DNA of 64,000 nucleotides, from assembly GCA_019057385.1 (NCBI GenBank), contig JAHQJS010000007.1:747685-811684 (forward strand). The letters run 5' to 3'. The position numbers and the translations under genes are program-made. The stretch comes from Candidatus Borrarchaeum weybense. GTDB taxonomy: Archaea > Asgardarchaeota > Sifarchaeia > Borrarchaeales > Borrarchaeaceae. Position 1 is the first letter of the stretch; the number at the start of each line of letters is the position of its first letter. Positions 1-9,647 of the stretch are shown here, piece by piece. The notes under the pieces are model-generated. The model saw only the letters and a program-made list of their open reading frames with translations. It made no database searches and was not told the origin of the DNA.

Positions 1-508
1 GAATGAATACAATATAGATGATCCAATTACCTTAAAATTGGCTTTAACTGAATTGCAAGACCAAGAGTTAGAAGTTCATCCTACTTATGAAGATTATCTT
101 TCTATTCAGTCTTTAGAATACTATTTCAAAGAAATACTCTTTAAGTTAGACATCTTTTTAGCAGAATTGAAGGAAAAACCAATTACAGAACAGTTAGAGA
201 GAGAGTCAATTAAAGATCGATATAATGAATTTGGGAGTATTATAACCTCTGAAGTTTCAGATCTATTGAAAGACGCTCCATCGATCTTTATAGATCGGAT
301 TGAAATAGTGTTTATTGACAACTCGCAGCTTAAGATTTATTATCCTACAGATTTAGAATATTCTTTTTATTGGTCCAAAGGCGAAGAGATGTTTAATGTA
401 AATGATACTGTTCCGAATACTATTGCAAGTCCTGAAATTACGCCGAAAGAAAATATTATAAATTTCTTGAACGAATTACGTAATAGAATTGTAATACCTC
501 CAAAATAG
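1..508 (+). CDS. Hypothetical protein, 5'-truncated by the window edge; weak DUF2203-like C-terminal motif
   Basis: The frame of ORF 38..508 stays open back to base 2 (NEYNIDDPITLKL...). YSFYWSKGEE loosely resembles the DUF2203 W-x-x-GE motif. Confidence 0.55.
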   Translation, partial: NEYNIDDPITLKLALTELQDQELEVHPTYEDYLSIQSLEYYFKEILFKLDIFLAELKEKPITEQLERESIKDRYNEFGSIITSEVSDLLKDAPSIFIDRIEIVFIDNSQLKIYYPTDLEYSFYWSKGEEMFNVNDTVPNTIASPEITPKENIINFLNELRNRIVIPPK

Positions 509-518
509 GAGGCATTTC

Positions 519-1091
519 TTGAAAATTTCTTTTCGAGATATTAAAAACAAGAAATTATTAATTTTAGGAGAAGTAGCAAGCGGTAAAACCCAACTTCTAA
601 TTGAATTGTTGCAGGACACCCTTCAATATGCCGATAAAATCACATTGCTTGATTTTGCTCCATCAGTAAAATTTGTGAAAGGAATGAAAATCGGTGGACG
701 TGTTAATGAAAGGATTGAAATGCCCTCTAATGTAGATTATTTATGCCCCGAGAGGGTAGAGACACCCCGATTAACGGCGGCTGAAACAAATTCTGCCAAA
801 CAGTTACTAAGACTTGCTCATACAAATGCAAAAAATATGAGTTTAAAAATCAATGAATTCTTGAAAGCTCCAACAAACATTGTGTTTATTAATGATATCT
901 CCCTGCTTTTTCAAGTTGGTAATATTGAGCCCGTCGAAAAACTCTTAGAGATCGTTAATACAGCTGTTATTACCGGCTATTACGGTAAAAAACTCGAAGA
1001 AGATCTAGGCACTGGTGTCTCAAAAAAGGAGCGGACATTAATGCAAAAATTATCTAGACAGGTTGATCTTGTTATTAATTTGAACCAGTAG
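519..1091 (+). CDS. Uncharacterised small P-loop NTPase
   Basis: Walker A GEVASGKT, Walker B-like VFIND; GGAGG SD before the TTG start. Confidence 0.75.
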   Translation: MKISFRDIKNKKLLILGEVASGKTQLLIELLQDTLQYADKITLLDFAPSVKFVKGMKIGGRVNERIEMPSNVDYLCPERVETPRLTAAETNSAKQLLRLAHTNAKNMSLKINEFLKAPTNIVFINDISLLFQVGNIEPVEKLLEIVNTAVITGYYGKKLEEDLGTGVSKKERTLMQKLSRQVDLVINLNQ

Positions 1092-1107
1092 CAAACAATA
1101 ATTGAAA

Positions 1108-1641
1108 CTATTCTTCAAGAAATTCGTCGAGTATACCCGATTTTCTTAGGATTTTTAAAATAATGAAGCCTAAAACTGATCCAGGAATACAACTTGCTGC
1201 AAATGCTATCCAAAAGAACGTAATATTCGGTGTTGCTCCAATTAAAGGAGCAAAGATCAATGCGGAAATGGTCGCACCAATTATAACAGTTCCAAGAGGC
1301 TCTGCTAGTGCAGCATAATCAGTTTTTTTAAGATATTTGTAAATTATCCCTACCACAAAACCTCCTGGAAGGCCACCAGGAAATGCAAATATTGTGCCCC
1401 ATCCTAAAGAATTTCTAATTATTCCGATTACTAACGCAATAAAAACCGCATAAAGGGGTCCAAGAAGTATTCCTGCTATAGCATTAACTATATGTTGTCC
1501 TGGGAAGACCTTGGTTGGTCCAATAGGGAACCAAAGAAAAGATGCTAACAAAACACCTAAGGCGATTAAGACTGCACTTAAGGCTATTTTTTTAGTTTCA
1601 ACGACCTCTGTATATTTATTTTTTTGTAAGCCTCTTTCCAT
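1108..1641 (-). CDS. thiW: ECF transporter S component ThiW (thiazole uptake)
   Basis: Signatures FPGQHIVNAIAGILLGP, GTIFAFPGG, EPLGT. Start moved to ATG 1641, which follows a GAGGAGG SD. Thiamine gene context. Confidence 0.9.
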   Translation of the reverse strand: MERGLQKNKYTEVVETKKIALSAVLIALGVLLASFLWFPIGPTKVFPGQHIVNAIAGILLGPLYAVFIALVIGIIRNSLGWGTIFAFPGGLPGGFVVGIIYKYLKKTDYAALAEPLGTVIIGATISALIFAPLIGATPNITFFWIAFAASCIPGSVLGFIILKILRKSGILDEFLEE

Positions 1642-1745
1642 TCCTTTTCCTCCTCGTTGAATCGTAAACGAAACAACTCTTAGATTGACTTTTATTTTGA
1701 GCAACTTCAATTGAAAGTCTATTATTATCAATCATATATATATAG

Positions 1746-1852
1746 TATAACAAAATTATATCAATTTCTAGACAATAAATGAGCCACGAAGCAAGAAAAA
1801 TAGATTAATCCAATATATTGAGATTTATTGTTTATTATAAATCAGTTATAAT
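1746..1852. promoter_or_regulatory. Two pseudo-palindromic TATAAC-N3-GTTATA boxes (candidate ThiR operators) between divergent thiW and the permease gene
   Basis: TATAACAAAATTATA at 1746-1760 and TATAAATCAGTTATA at 1836-1850, each one mismatch from a perfect palindrome. Confidence 0.55.
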
Positions 1853-1869
1853 TTGGAAGGGGATAATGT

Positions 1870-3201
1870 TTGACAAAAGCACTGTTTAAAAAGTTCAGAA
1901 TAAGCCCTCCTCCAGAATATGGAATAGAGTCCGTTCCTTCTAAATTGAAAAATTTACGTTTCCTTGATTATTTTGTATTATGGAGTTCTCTGGGAGTTGG
2001 ATTATTGGTTTTTTGGGCAGGTCTCCTTCTTGTACCAGGTCTAGGACTTGGCTTGGCGCTTTTAGCAATTCTCGTTGGACATCTTATCGGAAACTTGTTT
2101 CTAGCACTTGTTGGGACCATTGGTGCTGAAAATGGTATTCCCTCTATGGTTGCAGTTCGCCCATCATTTGGTATTCGTAGTTCATACTTGATGTCCATCT
2201 TGAATTTAATTCAATTAATCGGATGGGCATCTTTTGAGATACTCGTGATGGGACAAGCCGTCGATGCAATAATGGTTTCTACTTTTGGTTACTCTAATTA
2301 TGCCATTTGGGTTCTCGTTTTCGGATTCTTCGTTTTTTTATTAGCCTTTGGAGGTCCACTTACAGTAATAAGAGATTGGTTAAGGAAATTTGCGATTTGG
2401 CTCATTTATGGATTAGGTATTTGGATAACCATCATTGTCTTCACACAATACGATTTGGTTGCATTACTTAACGCTCCATCTACAGGCGAGTTAACATTTT
2501 CGGGAGGTATTGACCTAGTTATTGCGATGCCAATATCATGGGTTCCTCTTGTCGCAGATTATAATAGATTTTCTAAAAACTCGAAAGAAGATTTTTCAGG
2601 CACATATTTAGGTTTCCTAATCACTAGTGGCTGGTGTTATGCTCTAGGAGCTATCACGACATTAGCTACAGGTGAGCCAAACCCCGTTCTCCTTATTATG
2701 GTAATTGTAGGTCCAATTGCAGCTATTCCTTCACTATTAATAGTAGTAACTGATGAAACAGACAATGGGTTTGCAGACGTATACTCTGCTGCAATTTCCG
2801 TCCAAAACGTCTTTCCGAAGGTTAAACAGTGGAAATTAATTATTATAATCAGTATAATAAGTACAGCGCTTGCCTTAGTTTTTGGTTTATCCCCACAGTT
2901 TGAGGAGTATTATATTAATTTCTTGCTTTGGATTGGCTCAGTATTTATTCCTCTATTTGGAATTGTGATCATCGATTACTTTGTTGTGAGAAAGAAGAAG
3001 TTTGATATTTCTGCGATATATGAAAGTAAAAAAGGCGCACTATACTGGTATTGGAAGGGGATTAATCCGCGTGCAATTATTGCATGGATCTGTGGTGTAA
3101 TGATATACTGGATACTTATCTTTGCAGTTCCATGGCTTGGAGGATCACTACTTAGTTTGATAAGTGCCGCTGTTCTCTATTGGCTATTTACAAAACTCTA
3201 G
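1870..3201 (+). CDS. cytX: NCS1/cytosine-purine permease family, CytX-like hydroxymethylpyrimidine transporter
   Basis: About 12 TM segments; motifs IAMPISWVPLVADYNRF and DETDNGFADVYSAAIS; directly upstream of thiDN. Confidence 0.8.
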   Translation: MTKALFKKFRISPPPEYGIESVPSKLKNLRFLDYFVLWSSLGVGLLVFWAGLLLVPGLGLGLALLAILVGHLIGNLFLALVGTIGAENGIPSMVAVRPSFGIRSSYLMSILNLIQLIGWASFEILVMGQAVDAIMVSTFGYSNYAIWVLVFGFFVFLLAFGGPLTVIRDWLRKFAIWLIYGLGIWITIIVFTQYDLVALLNAPSTGELTFSGGIDLVIAMPISWVPLVADYNRFSKNSKEDFSGTYLGFLITSGWCYALGAITTLATGEPNPVLLIMVIVGPIAAIPSLLIVVTDETDNGFADVYSAAISVQNVFPKVKQWKLIIIISIISTALALVFGLSPQFEEYYINFLLWIGSVFIPLFGIVIIDYFVVRKKKFDISAIYESKKGALYWYWKGINPRAIIAWICGVMIYWILIFAVPWLGGSLLSLISAAVLYWLFTKL

Positions 3202-3243
3202 AACAAATATTTGGCTTTTTAGATTAGCAAACTCAAGAATAAG

Positions 3244-4608
3244 GTGAAATATATTATGAGAAAGATTCCCTGTGCTTTAACTATAGCTGGTTCCGACAGT
3301 GGGGGCGGGGCGGGTATTCAGGCAGACTTAAAAACATTTGCAGCCCTCGGTGTTCATGGAATGAGCGCAATCACAGCAGTAACAGCACAAAATACGGTTG
3401 ATGTAACCGCGATTCAAGATATATCTCCTGATTTAATAAGCGCTCAAATTAATGCAGTTTGGGACGATATTGGTGTGGATGCTGCTAAAACGGGTATGCT
3501 TCACACTGTTGAAATTATTAAAGTAGTTGCAGAGGAAATCGAAAATAAGGGATTTCCTACTGTTGTTGATCCCGTTATGATATCAAAAAGTGGTGTTCCT
3601 TTACTCAAAGAGGAAGCTGTGAATAGTTTGATCTCCCATATCCTCCCAAAAGCTGATGTTATAACTCCAAATGCTCATGAAGCAGAAAAACTCTCTGGAA
3701 TGCAGATAGAGTCCCTTGAAGACGCCAAGAAAGCGGCGATAAACCTAGCAGAATTAGGTCCAAAGGCAGTCGTGGTAAAAGGAGGACATATTTTTTCTGA
3801 GGATGGTTCAATAGATGTATTATATTATAATGAGGAATTTGTTACAGTGACCTCCGAAAGAATTGATACTAAAACGACGCATGGAACTGGATGTTGTTTT
3901 GCTGCAGCAATTGCTGCTGAAATCGCTAAAGGAAAAGATATAAACGAAGCTTTTATTGTTGCAAAAGACCTTATTACCGAAGGAATACGACATGGACTCC
4001 CACTTGGTAAAGGATATGGCCCCGTTAGTCCTATGGCCCATCTTTACAACGAAGCTGAGAGATATTATGTTCTAAAAGATGTACAAAATGCGCTTGAGAA
4101 ACTTGAGAAAAATCCAAAAATGATTCAACTCATTCCAGAAGTACGATCAAACTTAATTATGGCTACATCTTATGCTATAGACGCTAAAGATGTTGTTGGT
4201 ATTCCAGGGCGAATAACTGCTACAAAGGATGGAATAAAAGCTGTTATGTGTCCAACTTTCGGCGTATCTCAGCATGTAGCGAACACTATATTAACTGCAA
4301 AAAGATATGATCCTTTAATTAAAGCTGGAATGAATTTGCGTTATTCTGAAGAAATTCTTGAGATATGTAAAAAATCGAATTTCTTAATTTCCTGTTATGA
4401 CCGTAAAAAGGAACCTCAGGATATAAAAACGAAAGAGGGCAAAACAACAGCTTGGGGCGCTGAGCAAGCGATTGAAGCTGTTGGAAGAGTGCCAGACGTT
4501 ATCTACCACACCGGTGACTTGGGAAAAGAACCAATGATAACAATATTGGGCAATTCAGCATTAGCTGTTGCCCAAAAGGTCTTAAGAATTTCAAAAAATC
4601 TGCCCTAA
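3244..4608 (+). CDS. thiDN: Bifunctional HMP/HMP-P kinase - thiamine-phosphate synthase ThiDN
   Basis: ALTIAGSDSGGGAGIQAD, DPVM, THGTGC (ThiD); C-terminal LIPEVRSN...PDVIYHTGDLGKEPM (ThiN). Confidence 0.95.
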   Translation: MKYIMRKIPCALTIAGSDSGGGAGIQADLKTFAALGVHGMSAITAVTAQNTVDVTAIQDISPDLISAQINAVWDDIGVDAAKTGMLHTVEIIKVVAEEIENKGFPTVVDPVMISKSGVPLLKEEAVNSLISHILPKADVITPNAHEAEKLSGMQIESLEDAKKAAINLAELGPKAVVVKGGHIFSEDGSIDVLYYNEEFVTVTSERIDTKTTHGTGCCFAAAIAAEIAKGKDINEAFIVAKDLITEGIRHGLPLGKGYGPVSPMAHLYNEAERYYVLKDVQNALEKLEKNPKMIQLIPEVRSNLIMATSYAIDAKDVVGIPGRITATKDGIKAVMCPTFGVSQHVANTILTAKRYDPLIKAGMNLRYSEEILEICKKSNFLISCYDRKKEPQDIKTKEGKTTAWGAEQAIEAVGRVPDVIYHTGDLGKEPMITILGNSALAVAQKVLRISKNLP

Positions 4609-4750
4609 AATTTACATGGATTATGCGAAGGTTTAAAGCGGAAAATAGAGGGTACCTTCAAGAAAAATTATAAAAAGAAGGAGCTTCATACAGAACGTTT
4701 TACCTATAGATATGATGTATATAGTCTACTTCAATAGAAGGTGAGTAAGT

Positions 4751-4984
4751 TTGCAACCTCCACCACCAGAAATTCTATTCGGTTTTGGTATTTTAGCACT
4801 TATGATAGCCATTGGAGTTATATGGTTTGTAGTTGCTATATTGATTGCAGTCTGGGTGTATAGAGATGCCGAAAAGAGGGGCGAGAGCGGAGCATTGTGG
4901 TTAATTATCGTATTGATTACGGGGATAATCGGTTTGATAATTTGGCTGATTGTCAGGGGAGACAAGCCTGAGATAAAATCATAA
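4751..4984 (+). CDS. Small membrane protein, PLDc_N/cardiolipin synthase N-terminal-like
   Basis: WVYRDAEKRG...LWLIIVLITGIIGLIIWLIVR pattern; AGGTGA SD. Confidence 0.75.
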   Translation: MQPPPPEILFGFGILALMIAIGVIWFVVAILIAVWVYRDAEKRGESGALWLIIVLITGIIGLIIWLIVRGDKPEIKS

Positions 4985-5014
4985 AAACAATCACAATAAA
5001 AAAAAGAAGATAAA

Positions 5015-5542
5015 CTAAACGAAATCGATGTACACTGTTGCAGTGAAGTCTGGGATTGTCTCAAAGTTAAAAATCACATCAAGTCGAACTGATTGACCTC
5101 TTACTTCTTCTTTATACTCTGCGATTTCTTCAGCAGCTACAGTAAAACTATCAGTTTCGTCCAGTCCAGCAAGGATATCAAACCCTTCTTTTCCATCACC
5201 ATCATCATCAGCATTATCGACATCGATGTTGTGCGTATAGATCTTAACTTCCCAGTCCCAGATTCCTAGAATCCTTTGGACAGAATAAATCTCCATGGAC
5301 ATATCCGTGAGATGGACCGTCTCACCGTTATTTTGAATAGCGAGGTCTACACTGATAGCATTGTCAACGTTTATTGTAAGTGGGTTATCCTTAGTATTGT
5401 ACTGAGATACATCATTGCCGTTTATTAAAACTGTCATCGATAGATCCTGGTGTGTGTATGCTGCATTAGATAGCGGAGCGAACGTACTAAGTGCAAATAG
5501 AGCTACAAGCAATAAACCAATTATTGATGTAGATTTCCTCAA
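5015..5542 (-). CDS. Secreted beta-rich (Ig-like?) protein with an acidic DxDGDG loop; stand-alone copy 1 of the local ectodomain family
   Basis: Signal peptide ending LSNA; aligns with the N-terminal domains of 6590, 7983 and 9648 (YTH[QH]D, GE[TS][VI]HL, GDG[KR]EGFDI, TVY). Confidence 0.85.
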   Translation of the reverse strand: MRKSTSIIGLLLVALFALSTFAPLSNAAYTHQDLSMTVLINGNDVSQYNTKDNPLTINVDNAISVDLAIQNNGETVHLTDMSMEIYSVQRILGIWDWEVKIYTHNIDVDNADDDGDGKEGFDILAGLDETDSFTVAAEEIAEYKEEVRGQSVRLDVIFNFETIPDFTATVYIDFV

Positions 5543-5589
5543 AATAATTCACCTTTCCTAAAGTCTTTTCTCATTATCCAATTATCTGA

Positions 5590-5793
5590 GTGAGCTACCT
5601 CGTGCTTAAGCCTTGAGGCTTCCTGCTTCTACGACAGACTCGATCCCCTTGCGGGTTACGGAGGTCTTATCTCCACAGGCTTAACATCCCTACGCCCCGT
5701 AGGTACTCATAGACGCAAGGAGCACCAGATTATATGAACCCAACGCCATTCATCACCACGCTAAAACATTGGTGCTTTCTTGCTTGGCTTTTT
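5590..5793 (-). mobile_element. Non-autonomous IS200/IS605 mini-element (left end + TnpB omegaRNA-like right-end scaffold), copy 1
   Basis: Minus strand reads TTAC|AAAAAGCCAAGCAAGAAAGCACCAATGTTTTAGCGTGGTGATGAAT ... AAGCCTGTGGAG ... GAAGCAGGAAGCCTCAAGGCTTAAGCACGAGGTAGCTCAC. Homologous to 38042-38247; no target-site duplication. Confidence 0.85.
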
Positions 5794-5817
5794 GTAAGAT
5801 AAATAGATCTCCATCTT

Positions 5818-5836
5818 TAATAATTCTTTTAGTACA
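5818..5836 (-). promoter_or_regulatory. Promoter: TGTACTAAAA motif immediately upstream of the TTATTAAA TATA box
   Basis: Minus strand TGTACTAAAAGAATTATTAAA; same architecture at 6516-6525 and 10227-10236. Confidence 0.65.
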
Positions 5837-6057
5837 ATTTTTTCCCTTACTATAAGGTTTTTTAATTTGAAACAAAGCAAGAATGCTACCCACTTTAGTT
5901 AGAAATGAATTGCTAAAGGCAGATACTTGTGAAAAAGATTGTTTAGACTTAATAAATAAGCCTGGAAAAAGTCTAGTTTGGTAAAATAAATAATAAGATA
6001 AAAAAATGAAAAATCTGGAGTTCTTGATATCGAAATGCTACTCAATCTAAAGAGCCA

Positions 6058-6429
6058 TTATTGAGTCTTCCAGAAATATTTGAGTGCATACAAAAGATAT
6101 ATCGTTAGAACTAGGAATGAACCAAATGTAAGCCACGTAGCAGTCAAGCCTAACGCTGAAATTATTAAACCGATTACTGCGAGTACGGTAGTGGCAAACC
6201 AAGACCATTTTTTCATGTACCATAATCCACTTCCCACAGCCATCACGATAAGCGCTAGGAAAATCCAGCCAATCCCTAAAATCAACTCATTACCTACGCC
6301 CCACAACGGTGTCGTAAGTAGTGTGACTGCTATAACCCCTAGGAAGATCAATCCTCGGACTAATACAATGATACCAACGATATAGACTAGAATTGCTAAA
6401 AGGGTGATACCAATAGGTCGTTTTTCCAT
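6058..6429 (-). CDS. Small 4-TM membrane protein (RPxGxT...LW.MKKW family)
   Basis: Four hydrophobic segments; KRPIGITLLAIL N-terminus; GAGGAG SD. Confidence 0.8.
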   Translation of the reverse strand: MEKRPIGITLLAILVYIVGIIVLVRGLIFLGVIAVTLLTTPLWGVGNELILGIGWIFLALIVMAVGSGLWYMKKWSWFATTVLAVIGLIISALGLTATWLTFGSFLVLTIYLLYALKYFWKTQ

Positions 6430-6504
6430 ATTATTCTCTCCTCATTTTTTTGATTTTCATTATTTAGAATTACTTATCAGTTAAAACTGATATAATAGAG
6501 TTTA

Positions 6505-6525
6505 TTTGATAAGCCTTTTAGTACA
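6505..6525 (-). promoter_or_regulatory. Promoter with the shared TGTACTAAAA motif + TATA-like TTATCAAA
   Basis: Minus strand TGTACTAAAAGGCTTATCAAA. Confidence 0.6.
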
Positions 6526-6589
6526 CCGTTTGCACATGCCAAAAATCGATTGTGGGGCATTTTTTGCATGAAAAAAATCGAGTTCACGC

Positions 6590-7795
6590 CTAAACAAAAC
6601 TTTCAGGTAGAATTTTTCGTAAGACAAGATTCTTTTTGTTAATAAAAAACTTCTTTTGTCCATTTTCCAGTATAACGTTAATTATTTTTGCGTCTACAAG
6701 CTTTTTCATATTATATCTGATGGTTCCCTGAGATTTCCCTAATTGCTTTGCAATAAGATTCTGGTATGCCCCAGGGTTTTTTGAAATGAATTGAACTATC
6801 GCTTTAGCAGTATTGCTTTTTAATATTAATCGGGGATCCTTCGGTGAAATCTTTCTTCCAGTTGGATAATAAACTTTGTACTGCTTATATCTATGAGAGC
6901 CAATAAATCCAAAATCTTCTAGAACCTGTAAATGCCAAACTCCTGCAAAGGGTCCTATATCGATATAATCAATAATCTCACGAAAATGGGCACCCTCATT
7001 ATTGATAATATAGTCGTAAATTTTCTCTCTGGTAACATTCGTTAAAATTTCATCTTTTTTAAGATTTCTAACCGCCGGTGGACGAATTACTGTCCCAATA
7101 GCTACACAAAACGTAGCTAATTTTTTCACAACTTTGAAGGTAAATTCCCTATTTGTAAGGATAACCGCAAAAGAGACGGCTATCGCACTTATTGTAGAGA
7201 ATACAATCAATTCTGACGTTTGAATTCCTTTAAAAAGATCAAATAAGCCATTAGAACCTTCAGATGCTATTTGTCCTTCTCTTAGGTATACGGTAATAAA
7301 ATAATCTGGGATAATTTCAAAGTTAAGGTTGATATCAACACGCACTCGTTGACCTCTAATTTGCTCTTTATACTCTTTAATCTCTTCTGAATATACAACA
7401 AAATTACGGGATTCACTCATTCCCGACTCTATATCAAAACCTTCTTTTCCATCACCGTCTTCATCATTATTGTCGACATCTATGTAATGTGTAAAAACTT
7501 TCGCTTCTTGATCCCATAAGAGAATCTCTTGAACTGTATAGACATCGATTGACGCATCGATTAGGTGAACAGATTCGCCAGCGTTTGATATATCTAAATC
7601 TATTTCTATATCGTTTTCAATATCTATTACAAGCGGAGTTTCCTTAGTATTATGCAGAGATATGTCATTATCATTTACTAAAACTGTAAATGTGAGGTCG
7701 TGGTGTGTATATGAGGCGTTTAGAGACGAAACAAGAGCATTAATGGTGAAAAGCATCATAAAAATGAAAACTAGAACAGACACAGATTTTCTCAA
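6590..7795 (-). CDS. Membrane-anchored transcription regulator: signal peptide + ectodomain + TM + two winged-HTH domains (COG3398-like)
   Basis: Signal ending LNA; ectodomain shared with 5015; TM LIVFSTISAIAVSFAVIL; REKIYDYIINNEGAHFREI...WHLQVLEDFG and NPGAYQNLIAKQLGKSQGTIRYNMKKL. Confidence 0.88.
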   Translation of the reverse strand: MRKSVSVLVFIFMMLFTINALVSSLNASYTHHDLTFTVLVNDNDISLHNTKETPLVIDIENDIEIDLDISNAGESVHLIDASIDVYTVQEILLWDQEAKVFTHYIDVDNNDEDGDGKEGFDIESGMSESRNFVVYSEEIKEYKEQIRGQRVRVDINLNFEIIPDYFITVYLREGQIASEGSNGLFDLFKGIQTSELIVFSTISAIAVSFAVILTNREFTFKVVKKLATFCVAIGTVIRPPAVRNLKKDEILTNVTREKIYDYIINNEGAHFREIIDYIDIGPFAGVWHLQVLEDFGFIGSHRYKQYKVYYPTGRKISPKDPRLILKSNTAKAIVQFISKNPGAYQNLIAKQLGKSQGTIRYNMKKLVDAKIINVILENGQKKFFINKKNLVLRKILPESFV

Positions 7796-7982
7796 AATGC
7801 TTTCATCCCTTGTTTGGAAGCCAATAGACTTTTTATTGATTCTCTATATATACTTAAATTATTAAGTTTTAGAATGCATTAAAATCGATTTAATAAATAA
7901 AAAACATACTATAGAAATTCACAAATAAAAGATCCAGCAATTTGATTTAGGTAAAATGCTTTATCATTAAAAGAATTTGTAT

Positions 7983-9308
7983 TTACACTGAAAACGCATT
8001 TTCAGGGAGAATTCTACGTAAAGCTAGGTTCTTTTCGTTAATATAAAATCTCTTTTGCCCATTTTCCTTCATAATGTTGATTATTTTTGCGTCTACAAGC
8101 TTTTTCATATTATATCTAATCGCCCCTGAAGATTTCCCTAATTGCTTTGCAATAAGATTCTGGTATGCCCCAGGGTTTTTTAAAATAAAGCGAACGATCG
8201 CCTTAGCAGTCTTACTTTTTAATACTAAGCGGGGATCCTTCAGTGGAATTACTTTTCCTGCAATTAATGGATAGAAAATCTTATAGTGCTTATATCTGCG
8301 AGAGACAATGAATCCAAAGTCTTCTAGAACCTGCAAATGCCAGGTGCCCTCAAATGGACCAATATCAATGTGATTGATAATTTCGCGAAAATGAGCGCCT
8401 TCATGAGAACAAATGTAGTTATAAATTCGATCTCGGGTATCATTCGTTAATACCTCATCTTCTTTAAGATTTCTAATTGAAGGTGGACGAACTACAGTAC
8501 CAATAGCTACAATAAATGCTTCAGCACTTATAATAACAAAAAACATTTCACCAATCTTGAAAATTAGAGCTGCAAACTTGAGTGCAATTTTTTTATTCGT
8601 TTGCATTACAACAAATGAGACTAAAAGAGCGCTTGCTGTTGTATATAAAATCAATTGTGACGTTTCAACCCCTCTAAACGGGTCAAATAAGTCTATCGTA
8701 TATTCTGTATCTTGTGTAACTCCATTATCACTAATACCTTCCGTATTTCCGTCTGTTTCCGTTTTATTGGAGGCTTCTGGTGAAACTACACCTTCTTCTA
8801 TATAAACAGTAATAGTATAGTCAGATATAGTTTCAAAATTGAAAGTTAAATCAACCCGAGCTCTTTGATCTCTCATTAGTTCCTTGTATTCTTCAATATC
8901 TTTTGACCTTAATCTAAGACTTTTTGATTCTGCCAATCCAGCAACAATATCGAAACCTTCTCTTCCATCGCCATCTTCGTCACCATTATCAACATCGATG
9001 TTGTATTTAAAGATCTTTGTTTCATAATCCCAAAAAAGTGCTTTCTGGATTGTATAGACCTCAATTGATGTGTCTATTAAATGAATTGTCTCGCCTGTGT
9101 TCGAGATATCAAAATCTATCTCGATATCGTTATCTACATCCAATAAAAGTGGGTTATTTTTAGTGTGACTTGATACTTCACTACCGTTTATCAAGACAGT
9201 TATAGTAAGGTCTTGATGTGTATAAGCAGCATTTCCAGGGGAGATAAAAGCTGATAATGTGACTAGTGTTACAAATACCAGGATAAAGATGGGCAGATTT
9301 TTTTTCAA
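7983..9308 (-). CDS. Membrane-anchored transcription regulator, paralog of 6590..7795
   Basis: Same architecture with a longer acidic S/T-rich linker; near-identical wHTH domains. Confidence 0.88.
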   Translation of the reverse strand: MKKNLPIFILVFVTLVTLSAFISPGNAAYTHQDLTITVLINGSEVSSHTKNNPLLLDVDNDIEIDFDISNTGETIHLIDTSIEVYTIQKALFWDYETKIFKYNIDVDNGDEDGDGREGFDIVAGLAESKSLRLRSKDIEEYKELMRDQRARVDLTFNFETISDYTITVYIEEGVVSPEASNKTETDGNTEGISDNGVTQDTEYTIDLFDPFRGVETSQLILYTTASALLVSFVVMQTNKKIALKFAALIFKIGEMFFVIISAEAFIVAIGTVVRPPSIRNLKEDEVLTNDTRDRIYNYICSHEGAHFREIINHIDIGPFEGTWHLQVLEDFGFIVSRRYKHYKIFYPLIAGKVIPLKDPRLVLKSKTAKAIVRFILKNPGAYQNLIAKQLGKSSGAIRYNMKKLVDAKIINIMKENGQKRFYINEKNLALRRILPENAFSV

Positions 9309-9465
9309 AATATATTCACCATTTTAATGAGGTATTATAACTTTAGTGACAAATAACTTTATTATTACCTCACAAAATACCTCACTACGCAATTGTTTTG
9401 TTTTCTAATCTATTCCTATGTATATTTTTGGACTTAATATTTGAAATTCTTTGCTCCATTCACAA

Positions 9466-9527
9466 CTTGGTACACTGGGTTTTCCATTTTAATTGATTTT
9501 ATTTTGCTAAAAATCACTTTTGGTACA
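9466..9527 (-). promoter_or_regulatory. Two variant copies of the TGTACYAA motif upstream of the 441-aa regulator
   Basis: Minus strand TGTACCAAAAG at 9517-9527 and TGTACCAAG at 9466-9474. Confidence 0.45.
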
Positions 9528-9647
9528 AATTTTGTTACTTTCCAGTTTAATCTAGAACCGCATATTATACAAGAGGGTATTGAAAAATAGTATTACATTA
9601 GAAGCACATTGAAAAATCAAATCAAAAATAAAAAGAAAAGATTAGGA

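Noticed and set aside
1642-1869. TPP riboswitch upstream of the thiamine genes
   Set aside because: No CUGAGA or AUACCUG/GCGUAGGGAA core, and the region is too AT-rich; operator-like palindromes are present instead.
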